From the NCBI GenBank assembly GCA_963677105.1, contig OY781871.1, forward strand, positions 330,001 through 362,000: a DNA stretch of 32,000 nucleotides, given 5' to 3'. The translations under genes and the position numbers were made by a program. This stretch comes from Candidatus Saccharimonadota bacterium (GTDB taxonomy: Bacteria; Patescibacteriota; Gracilibacteria; UBA4473). Shown one piece after another: positions 8,461 through 16,035 of this stretch (positions are counted from its first letter, which is position 1; every line of letters begins with the position of its first letter). The notes beneath the pieces were generated by a model. It had not been told where the DNA came from and searched no databases. It was given only the letters and a program-made list of their open reading frames with translations.

Positions 8461-11400
8461 TTTTTTGTTTATCGGAATTCACATTACTACGCAAGTCTGT
8501 ATCATCTCCTGATGATATTTCATCATAGTTAGGAGCATCTTTAGGTGAGGTAGGATTTAGATTTTGTATATAATTATTAAAAGATTGACTTAATCTAACG
8601 CTTTTACCTTTTTTCAAATCATTTTGTAAAGAATTATAAAAATCTATTCCTGCACTATTAGAAGGTAAATCTTCATAAGAAAATCCACTTGGAGACTTGG
8701 TGATAAATTGATGTATTTCCACTCCTAATCCCAAAGCTTTTGTTAATAAATTTCCTGTGCGTGAAGTTTGGTCTGCTGAGACAAAAAAATGTTTTGAATC
8801 TATCCAACCAGATTTATCAGTATAAAAATACCTACGATTTGAAGCATTGTCCCATGATTTTTTGAATTGTTTACTAATATTGCTTAATGTTTGATTGGCA
8901 TCAAGGTGTGGATTATTTTTTTCAAACATTTTTATTCTTCGAGAAATAATTTTGTACGATGCTAATTGTGGTTTAATTGGACTTTCCCCACTCGGATCAA
9001 CGTATTTCAAAGGATTATTCGTAACGTATGAATACTTATTGAAACTTTGTGGATCAGTTAAATCTCCTTCCCATGGATCAATTCCTACAAACCGACCAAT
9101 ATTGCTGTCATAATATCTCGCTCCATAATAATACAATCCTGTTTCATCGTCCTTTTCCTTTCCCGTAAACTTATAATCATTATCAAAATCTCCCAATTGA
9201 TCATCTAGTCGAATATCTCCATATGGATAATAATCTAACACTTGATTGATATTCCCTTCTTCGTTTGTATCTATGTTTGAACCAGTTAGATGATCTTCAT
9301 GATGGTAAATAAGTCCATCAAGTGTCAAAGTGGCTATCTTTAAATTTCCTGCATAAAAATATAACTTTGGACTGTTTGACTTACTATCAAAATATTTATT
9401 CACATAAAACGTTCCCCATCTTCCATTCGGAATTTTAGAAACTCGCGCATTTTTATGATCGTAATAGTAATCAACCTCTATTCTGCTATCTCGTGAATGA
9501 GTCATCTGGTTCTTGTAATTCCAAGAATAAATTTTATCTCCATCTGAAACTAAGTTCCCATTTGCATCATACATGTATTCTATTTCCCCAGCGATCGTAA
9601 CCGCGTGAGGATGAGCAATAGTGTCCGAACTCGTTTGTGGATCATTTCCGGCATACACATATCTATCAATTCCCGGTTTATTTAATATGTTTCCAACAAT
9701 GTCATATCCATAGGAATACGTGTAATCTTGCTCATTTGCAGTATCAACAATATTTGCTCCTGTGAGACGGTATAAATCATCATATTCATATGTTGCGTGT
9801 TTACCTGTATTTGTGCCTGACAAATCCACAATTTCTGTAACATTTCCTACTCCATCATATGTATAATGCAATGACTGAAGATTTCTATTTTGGTTCGTTG
9901 TAACCTTATCTGTTAATCGATACTGTTCATTTATATCAAATGTGTTTTCTGTATGTACTCCATTTGCAAAGTCACTCCGAATAAGCATTCCCGTTGGCCC
10001 ATAATCCAGATTCATAACAACTGAATCAATCTCCTCAGTATCCATATTTTTATATTTAATTTCTTCTAATTGTCCTGCATTGTTGTATTCATAAAGAGCT
10101 TTTATATTGAATTCATTCTGCTGTGGAAAGTGAACGCTGGTTAACAACCCTAAAAGATTATAAGAAAACTGAGTTTCAAAAATTCCACGATAACCACTCA
10201 ATCGACGTTCTTCCCGTGTATTTCGCCCTAAAATATCATATTCATAGATATCATTTGCCCCTTCTGAATTAACGGATGTCAATCGTCCAATTCCATTTAT
10301 TCCTTCATCATATATGTATTTTATTTCCATTCCATTTTGTCGCGTATAATCTTCCATAACCAAACGATCGAGCTTGTCATATGTCCACTTAATTTCATTC
10401 CCCATCGCATCTTTTTTGTATACCAAATTCCCACTTCTATCATACGCAAATTCCGATGTTCCAAAGGTCATATCTTCCGGTGTATGTAGTTGTTCTTCAG
10501 AAAGTTTTCTCCCAAGCAAATCGTACGTAAAATGTTTTTCATTGCCGAGCGCATCGGTAATTTTTTCTAACTGATTGAGTGAATTATATGAATAATGAGT
10601 GGCATATTGTTGATCGTCTAAATATTCGTCTACTCGAATTAAATTTCCACGAGAATCATAGATCAGATTTTTTTTGTTTTCTAAAACATCTGTAATTTCA
10701 ATTTCCCAGTTATCATACTGCGAATAAGTCGTTCCCAAGGATGTAGTTAATTCTATTTGTCGATTTTGTGAATCATATTCATACGTTGTTCCCGGTGTAG
10801 AATTCAATGGTTCTGTATAAGATGTCCCCTCAGAAAAGAGGGGTAAATATTCCTTTTTTACATTTCCTCGTGAATCATATTCCGTATGAGAAACGGTATA
10901 GACATTGTTTTCTTCCGCTTTTGTACGTACTTGAATAGGACGAGCAAATCCATCGAAATAAGTAAATGAATCAATTGAAACATCTTCTTCTAGATATTTT
11001 CTTTCTGTTACAAAAACCGGATAGGTAGAAAAATCATAAAAAATTTCTTGTTGCAATATCTCCGAATTCACATTTTCCGGATTGGAAACAAATACTTGAG
11101 AGACTCTTCCAAAATCATCATATTCTGTAATATTTTTTAAATTATTAGGATCAATTGTTGATGATTGAACTCCAAATCGATAATCATACTCGAATTGAGT
11201 TGTCTGCCCCAAAGCGTTCTGTACTTCTAATGGAAATAGATTATGCAAATCATACGACACTGTTGTTGTAAATCCTCGTGGATTTGTCATCACTATTGGT
11301 AATCCATATTCGTTATATTCCATTTTCGTTTTCACAAAACTGTTGTCTCCTTCTTTTTGAAGCGTTGCCGTTACATTTCCAGTGTGTACATTCCCAAACT

Positions 11401-13240
11401 CTAATTGATCATAATAAAATTTTGTTTCTCCTATAATATTCGACTCATTGTCTCGTATTTCTTTTCTTGAAGGAAACGAATGCAAATACATATCATCATT
11501 AGCAATATAATCTGTATAGGATGTAATCTTGTCTATTCCTATGTCGGTAAAACTTCCGTCGTTCGATGAAATATCTACTTCTCCATAATCGATTTCTTGA
11601 ATAACATTTCCATAATCATCATGCTGAAATGTGTTTGATTTTGCTCTAAAAGAATCATTCCCATCGTAATCAATTGCAGTTTCTCGTTCTAAAAAAACAA
11701 AAGATCGTTCTTCCTCTGGATCTTCATCTGGCAATACTTCTTGATTCCATTTTCGAATAACCACTGTTTGCAAATTTCCATTTGAGTCATGTGATTCTTC
11801 TCGAAACACACGTCCCTTTTTTACAATATTATCCTCAAATTCTCCGCGCAAACTACTCGCTTCATTGTCTGGAGAAAATTCACTTTGATGAAAATATGAC
11901 GTAGACACATTTCCCTCCGGATCGGTAACTATTGCTTTGTGAAACCCTGCATATTCTTTTTTATATGCATCTAAATTATCATAGTAATAATGTCCTCCTT
12001 CATATTCATATTCTGTTATGTATTCAGGAGCATTTACTGAGGCCTTCTTTTTAATTTCATGAACAGTATGAACAACAAATGGCAATGGATTTGCCTGACT
12101 ATTTCCAATTTTATTTGCCGTCGAAGGACGATATGTAAATTCTTCACTTCCTCCATAAGGGAACTGTACTTTTTTTAATACATTAATTTTTTTATTGGAT
12201 TCGTTTTCTTGTCCGTTGTAATAAAAAAACTGCGTAGCTGGCAATTCCAAGTTCCCTTTCTTTTGAGTAATTCGAGTGAGATTTGCAATAGCGTTATTTT
12301 TAAACTCGTACTCTAAATCATACTCATAAATCAACTCTGGTGTTCCTGTTTCTTTTGAATATATTTCAACGGCATCAATTACCTTATCGGTCGTTACTAC
12401 AAATCCTCTTTTATATTCTGTGTACGAAGGCCTTTCGCCAAGAATAAATTTTAATTCATATAAACCTTGGTCTTCATTAAATCCAGTATACTTAATAGTG
12501 TTTGGATACACTTGTCCCTGATGAAAAACATATGAAAAATTCATAAAGTTTCCATTCCTGTCTTCCACTTTTTCCAACATCCATTTATAAATTTTTGCAG
12601 TATCATCAGGATCGCTCTGACGTGTCGACGAATCAAGTCCAAACGTATATCGCGTTCCCTGTTTGTCAGTGGCAACCCACGCATTATTTTCAAAAACAAA
12701 ACGAATAAAATTTCCTTCATTTTTTGCCCCATATACATTGTTTTCAGAGTCTATAAGTATCAATTCTATCGTTTCTCCATTTATTTCAGCAGTGAAATCG
12801 TTCTCTGTATACAATGTATCAATTCCTTTCGTTGTACTTCGAAAAATACTTCCTAAGGAAATATCCCATCCAAATCCCACAATAGAATTAAATTGGTTAC
12901 TCTGACTCGAATACTGAAAAGAAACATTTGGTGTCATTCCTTTTCGCCCTTGAGGAAGTTTGATTGGATAATTAAAACTCACTCCACCTGTAAAGAGACT
13001 TGTTCCTGATTTTCCTCCAGAATCTTTCATAAAAGCAAACGGATCTACTGGAGTTGGCGTTGGCAACGTTGGTGGAAGTTCTGCTGGATCTGTAAGAATC
13101 GATCGTAAATCGTGTGAGAAATCTAAATGAGAAATGTTTACTATTTCACTTTCACTAAAAGAAAATCTTTCTTCAGCTCCCACAACACCAATATGGAAAA
13201 GAATGCTACAAAAAATGAGTATTGATATATTTTTTTTCAT
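8429..13240 (-). CDS. secreted Rhs/YD-repeat polymorphic toxin with SpvB/TcB-like N-terminal region
   Basis: 1603-aa ORF with signal peptide MKKNISILIFCSILFHIGVVGAEE. SpvB-like block TGGVSFNYPIKLPQGRKGMTPNVSFQYSSQSN...GFGWDISLGSI. Dozens of YD repeats (e.g. YEYDSQNRQIELT, FTYDLLGRKLSE, WTYDKLDRLV). Rhs core end FTGKEKDDETGLYYYGARYYDSNIGRFVGIDP...NNPLKYVDPSGES, followed by a 183-aa C-terminal extension. Confidence 0.95.
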   Translation of the reverse strand: MKKNISILIFCSILFHIGVVGAEERFSFSESEIVNISHLDFSHDLRSILTDPAELPPTLPTPTPVDPFAFMKDSGGKSGTSLFTGGVSFNYPIKLPQGRKGMTPNVSFQYSSQSNQFNSIVGFGWDISLGSIFRSTTKGIDTLYTENDFTAEINGETIELILIDSENNVYGAKNEGNFIRFVFENNAWVATDKQGTRYTFGLDSSTRQSDPDDTAKIYKWMLEKVEDRNGNFMNFSYVFHQGQVYPNTIKYTGFNEDQGLYELKFILGERPSYTEYKRGFVVTTDKVIDAVEIYSKETGTPELIYEYDLEYEFKNNAIANLTRITQKKGNLELPATQFFYYNGQENESNKKINVLKKVQFPYGGSEEFTYRPSTANKIGNSQANPLPFVVHTVHEIKKKASVNAPEYITEYEYEGGHYYYDNLDAYKKEYAGFHKAIVTDPEGNVSTSYFHQSEFSPDNEASSLRGEFEDNIVKKGRVFREESHDSNGNLQTVVIRKWNQEVLPDEDPEEERSFVFLERETAIDYDGNDSFRAKSNTFQHDDYGNVIQEIDYGEVDISSNDGSFTDIGIDKITSYTDYIANDDMYLHSFPSRKEIRDNESNIIGETKFYYDQLEFGNVHTGNVTATLQKEGDNSFVKTKMEYNEYGLPIVMTNPRGFTTTVSYDLHNLFPLEVQNALGQTTQFEYDYRFGVQSSTIDPNNLKNITEYDDFGRVSQVFVSNPENVNSEILQQEIFYDFSTYPVFVTERKYLEEDVSIDSFTYFDGFARPIQVRTKAEENNVYTVSHTEYDSRGNVKKEYLPLFSEGTSYTEPLNSTPGTTYEYDSQNRQIELTTSLGTTYSQYDNWEIEITDVLENKKNLIYDSRGNLIRVDEYLDDQQYATHYSYNSLNQLEKITDALGNEKHFTYDLLGRKLSEEQLHTPEDMTFGTSEFAYDRSGNLVYKKDAMGNEIKWTYDKLDRLVMEDYTRQNGMEIKYIYDEGINGIGRLTSVNSEGANDIYEYDILGRNTREERRLSGYRGIFETQFSYNLLGLLTSVHFPQQNEFNIKALYEYNNAGQLEEIKYKNMDTEEIDSVVMNLDYGPTGMLIRSDFANGVHTENTFDINEQYRLTDKVTTNQNRNLQSLHYTYDGVGNVTEIVDLSGTNTGKHATYEYDDLYRLTGANIVDTANEQDYTYSYGYDIVGNILNKPGIDRYVYAGNDPQTSSDTIAHPHAVTIAGEIEYMYDANGNLVSDGDKIYSWNYKNQMTHSRDSRIEVDYYYDHKNARVSKIPNGRWGTFYVNKYFDSKSNSPKLYFYAGNLKIATLTLDGLIYHHEDHLTGSNIDTNEEGNINQVLDYYPYGDIRLDDQLGDFDNDYKFTGKEKDDETGLYYYGARYYDSNIGRFVGIDPWEGDLTDPQSFNKYSYVTNNPLKYVDPSGESPIKPQLASYKIISRRIKMFEKNNPHLDANQTLSNISKQFKKSWDNASNRRYFYTDKSGWIDSKHFFVSADQTSRTGNLLTKALGLGVEIHQFITKSPSGFSYEDLPSNSAGIDFYNSLQNDLKKGKSVRLSQSFNNYIQNLNPTSPKDAPNYDEISSGDDTDLRSNVNSDKQKSDDDNDEDND
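8432..8980 (-). other. C-terminal variable (toxin) domain of the Rhs protein, unclassified, with acidic tail
   Basis: Everything after the DPSGES core-end motif (codons at 8981-8998). Sequence: PIKPQLASYK...YFYTDKSGWIDSKHFFVSADQTS...GVEIHQFITKSPSGFSYEDLPSNSAGIDFYNSL...SDDDNDEDND. It has no Cys and no nuclease, deaminase or ART motif I can name. Confidence 0.7.
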
Positions 13241-13258
13241 ACGAAGAATTAAAATAAT

Positions 13259-13861
13259 TTACGACATATCTGCGCAATCTCCTCTATAAAAAGGCTGTAA
13301 TGTGTCTTCATCAAATCCCGTTACACATCTATAAGCAATCTCCCATCCAGAACCAGTATTTAACATTATACAAGTAGCAAGTCTGGTATAATCAGCAATT
13401 TGATTATGAGTACCTGATTGATAAGATGTATAATTCATATTACTGTTATAGAAATAATCTACCAGTCCGTCTCCGTTTAAATCAATAAATTGATCCATTA
13501 TTATATTATAACTACTGTTTCCTACTTTCGGTATTAAATGCATCGACCAATCCGCATCTTCTTTAAAAACATTCGATGTATCCCATGTCTCAGAATTTCT
13601 CAGACAATGAGGAATATAATATGAAGGCGTTCTTGTGTTTGTTGTGCTTGGTTCATCGATAATATTATTTCTTGGTTCTAAGGCTACAACCAATAAATCT
13701 AATATTTTTTGAACAGATTGTGTCAGTTTTTCTATTACTGAACTTTCTGATGAAACTTTCTCCTGTGCAATGGAACTAGGAATAAAAAATACAAAAGAAA
13801 AAAGTGAAAACATCACCACAAATATTTTCACCGGCAAAAAACGATTTTTATAAAAATTCAT
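13259..13861 (-). CDS. secreted protein with one FG-GAP/TcB-propeller-like blade
   Basis: 200-aa ORF with signal-like N-terminus (VKIFVVMFSLFSFVFFIPSSIAQE). DLNGDGLVDYFY followed by IMLNTGSGWEIAY resembles the DxNxDGxxD ... N.G.G(F/W) blade of FG-GAP/Tc-toxin beta-propellers. It ends 18 nt upstream of the Rhs start. Confidence 0.6.
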   Translation of the reverse strand: MNFYKNRFLPVKIFVVMFSLFSFVFFIPSSIAQEKVSSESSVIEKLTQSVQKILDLLVVALEPRNNIIDEPSTTNTRTPSYYIPHCLRNSETWDTSNVFKEDADWSMHLIPKVGNSSYNIIMDQFIDLNGDGLVDYFYNSNMNYTSYQSGTHNQIADYTRLATCIMLNTGSGWEIAYRCVTGFDEDTLQPFYRGDCADMS

Positions 13862-13972
13862 AAATAAAAAATAAATTAAGAAATTGATTTAACTGTTATA
13901 GATAAAAGTAAAACTGTAAATCTAACATTTTCATTAAATTTTCATTTAAGTGATAATAACCAAAAAGAAAGT

Positions 13973-14149
13973 ATGACTTCCCCGAGCAAAATTCCTAAAC
14001 AACGAGATAAAAAGTGTTTTGCGAGGAAAAGGAGGAATAGCGCAGCAGTGAAGTTTTTTTGTGTAACAAAAAACGGAACCAGCAAAGCTTATTCCGACGT
14101 GGCTGAACATATGGGAGTTTATCAGGAACTAGTAATCTTTCCAAAATAG
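13973..14149 (+). CDS. possible small basic protein (58 aa), below the ORF-track cutoff
   Basis: My reading gives ATG 13973 ... TAG 14147-14149, translating to MTSPSKIPKQRDKKCFARKRRNSAAVKFFCVTKNGTSKAYSDVAEHMGVYQELVIFPK. No motif recognised, so it could be non-coding. Confidence 0.25.
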   Translation: MTSPSKIPKQRDKKCFARKRRNSAAVKFFCVTKNGTSKAYSDVAEHMGVYQELVIFPK

Positions 14150-14192
14150 AATTTCTCTCTAAACTAGAATTATACTTTCTAACAAAGGTATT

Positions 14193-14696
14193 ATGGAAAA
14201 TTTAGACCCTCGTACAGTAATAATCATTTTTATAGTTATTATTATATTCATTTTTTCTCCAGATAAAAAAACTAATTCGGGAAGGAATAAAAAAAGAAGT
14301 AAATCTCCTCGAGGGATTAAGTCCTACACAGAAAAAGGAGAAATGGTCAGAAGTAAGGCTGAGGCAAGAATTGCAAACTTTCTAACTAGAAAGAGCATAC
14401 ATTACATATATGAAAACCCTTTAACTTTAGAGGGCATTACTCTTAAACCAGACTTTTATTTACCCACATATAATACCTATATTGAATTTTTTGGTTTATA
14501 TAATAGGAACCTTAAATATACAGAAAGTGCCAAGAAAAAAAGGAAACTCTATCGAAGAAATAACATAAAAGTAATTGAACTCTTTCCAGAAGACTACAGA
14601 AGATTAGAAGAGGAATTAAACAATAAATTGATATTCCTTCGAATTTTTCATGTTTTGAAGTCTATAATTAAGGGAATTAAATCTTTATTTAATTAG
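14193..14696 (+). CDS. membrane-anchored PD-(D/E)xK-like nuclease-fold protein
   Basis: 167-aa ORF with an N-terminal TM helix (VIIIFIVIIIFIF) and a basic linker. Then VRSKAEARIANFLTRKSIHYIYENPLTLEGITLKPDFYLPTYNTYIEFFG...YTESAKKKRKLY. This fits the S..E..IA..L...I.Y.YE ... PDFYLP ... YIE..G pattern I know from the restriction-endonuclease-like module at the N-terminus of some UvrD/helicase-IV-type proteins. Confidence 0.5.
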   Translation: MENLDPRTVIIIFIVIIIFIFSPDKKTNSGRNKKRSKSPRGIKSYTEKGEMVRSKAEARIANFLTRKSIHYIYENPLTLEGITLKPDFYLPTYNTYIEFFGLYNRNLKYTESAKKKRKLYRRNNIKVIELFPEDYRRLEEELNNKLIFLRIFHVLKSIIKGIKSLFN

Positions 14697-14785
14697 AATA
14701 GCCTGTATGGCTGGCATCTCGGGTCTCCTCACTTTTGAAATGTTACAAATGTTACACAGGGAAGACTTGTTCCTCGCCGAGCACA

Positions 14786-15643
14786 TTATTTGTTCACAGA
14801 AGGGAGAGAACCATTTTTTCTAATTAACTCATCCATGGTTTTCCCATTTTTATCTTTCCATTCAGTCCAGCCATTTGCTCTTCTTGCAAGAACAACAGCA
14901 GCAGAGGCACTTGGAGAACTAAACGTATAATCATCTGTGAAGGTTAAAACATTTCCTTCTTGTTTTAAGACATTTTTTTGTTTTAGATCATCACGCATTC
15001 CAGTAACCCATGAACCTGCTGTTTTAGATTCTTCAAGATTTGATTTAGAACCTTTAAATACTGTAAATCCATCTTCGCTATATTCTCCAGTAGCAGAAGC
15101 ATCTTTTCCTTTGCAGTAAAATATATTTGATTTATCTTTTTGAGATTCTTCAAATATCGGAAAACCTAAAGTACTTATTAATAATTTTAAATCATCAAAA
15201 AAACTTAAAACAAAATCTTCATCTTGTTCTGTTAAGCTTGATTGAGTTGGATTTGTATTGTTTTCTAATTCACATTTATTAATTCTTTTTGCTTCATTAC
15301 AAGCAAAATTTTCTAAATATTTTATGTGTGCTTTGTTGATATTTTTCTTTTCGGAAACAAAACAAATTACAGAATTCCAAAATTCTTTTGAAGCATTATG
15401 CTGTTTAACTCTTTTTAATAAAACTTCAGCTTCTCCAATATAAATTTTATGTTTTCCAACTTCATTTTTTTCTCCAATCAAAAAATAAATCCCTGGATCT
15501 TTTAGTTCTCCTCTTTTACTTGCTTCTGCTAATTTATTTCTTGGAATGGAAAGTGCTTTAACTATGCCATTTGTAATTTCACAAATCTTTATACTTCTTG
15601 GATTTGCATCTGGAATGTAAATTGAGATGGTTCTTCCTCTCAT
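14786..15643 (-). CDS. GIY-YIG nuclease domain protein with C-terminal DUF4357-like domain
   Basis: 285-aa ORF. The N-terminal part carries GIYFLIGEKNEVGKHKIYIGEAEVLLKRVKQH (GIY...YIG...R..H). The C-terminal part carries FYCKGKDASATGEYSEDGFTVFKGS...FSSPSASAAVVLARRANGWTEWK, with the SPS motif and overall pattern of DUF4357. Confidence 0.75.
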   Translation of the reverse strand: MRGRTISIYIPDANPRSIKICEITNGIVKALSIPRNKLAEASKRGELKDPGIYFLIGEKNEVGKHKIYIGEAEVLLKRVKQHNASKEFWNSVICFVSEKKNINKAHIKYLENFACNEAKRINKCELENNTNPTQSSLTEQDEDFVLSFFDDLKLLISTLGFPIFEESQKDKSNIFYCKGKDASATGEYSEDGFTVFKGSKSNLEESKTAGSWVTGMRDDLKQKNVLKQEGNVLTFTDDYTFSSPSASAAVVLARRANGWTEWKDKNGKTMDELIRKNGSLPSVNK

Positions 15644-15821
15644 AATATTTTAAGATTAATAAATTAATATAAATGTTTCTATTGAAAATTCTAACAAAAT
15701 TTTCATTAAATAAAAAACTAGCTTTATTTTATTACTTTTTGTTTCTTTTTACTATTTAACGTCAATTAATTCATTACCACCTTATTTTCCCTGATTTTGC
15801 GTCTTTAAAAAACACCATATG

Positions 15822-15842
15822 ACTTGAAAGAATCTTTCAAGT
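15822..15842. promoter_or_regulatory. perfect 9-bp inverted repeat ACTTGAAAG-AAT-CTTTCAAGT (possible operator or recombination-related site)
   Basis: Read directly in the 392-bp divergent intergenic region between the GIY-YIG gene and the ParB-methyltransferase gene. It lies 25 nt upstream of the -35-like hexamer at 15868. Confidence 0.35.
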
Positions 15843-15867
15843 ATTAGCTCTATTGCTACGTATTCGC

Positions 15868-15896
15868 TTGATTGATTTTTCAAAAAAACATATAAT
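15868..15896 (+). promoter_or_regulatory. sigma-70-like promoter TTGATT-N17-TATAAT upstream of the ParB-methyltransferase operon
   Basis: TTGATT at 15868-15873, a 17-nt spacer, and TATAAT at 15891-15896. The gene start is at 16036. AT-rich DNA produces such matches by chance, so confidence is modest. Confidence 0.4.
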
Positions 15897-16035
15897 ATTG
15901 ACATCAATTTTTCTTGAAGAAATTGTAACAAAAACGCCAAGTGAAATCATGAATTTTAAAAAATGATTATCGCCGGCGTAGTTCGAAGTGGATTTTTCTC
16001 TTCAACATTTTTTCTGCATCCTTAATTTTTAAAAT

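Noticed and set aside
8895-12905. Several 65-80-aa ORFs on both strands inside the Rhs gene (8895..9113, 10374..10574, 12541..12738, 12663..12905)
   Set aside because: All are nested in a continuous 1603-codon YD-repeat frame and have no independent signals. They are shadow ORFs.
14708-14714. TGGCTGG, identical to the complement of the tRNA-Gln 3' terminus, as a possible attL core
   Set aside because: Only 7 nt match and similarity stops immediately after. A 7-mer is expected by chance within about 12 kb.
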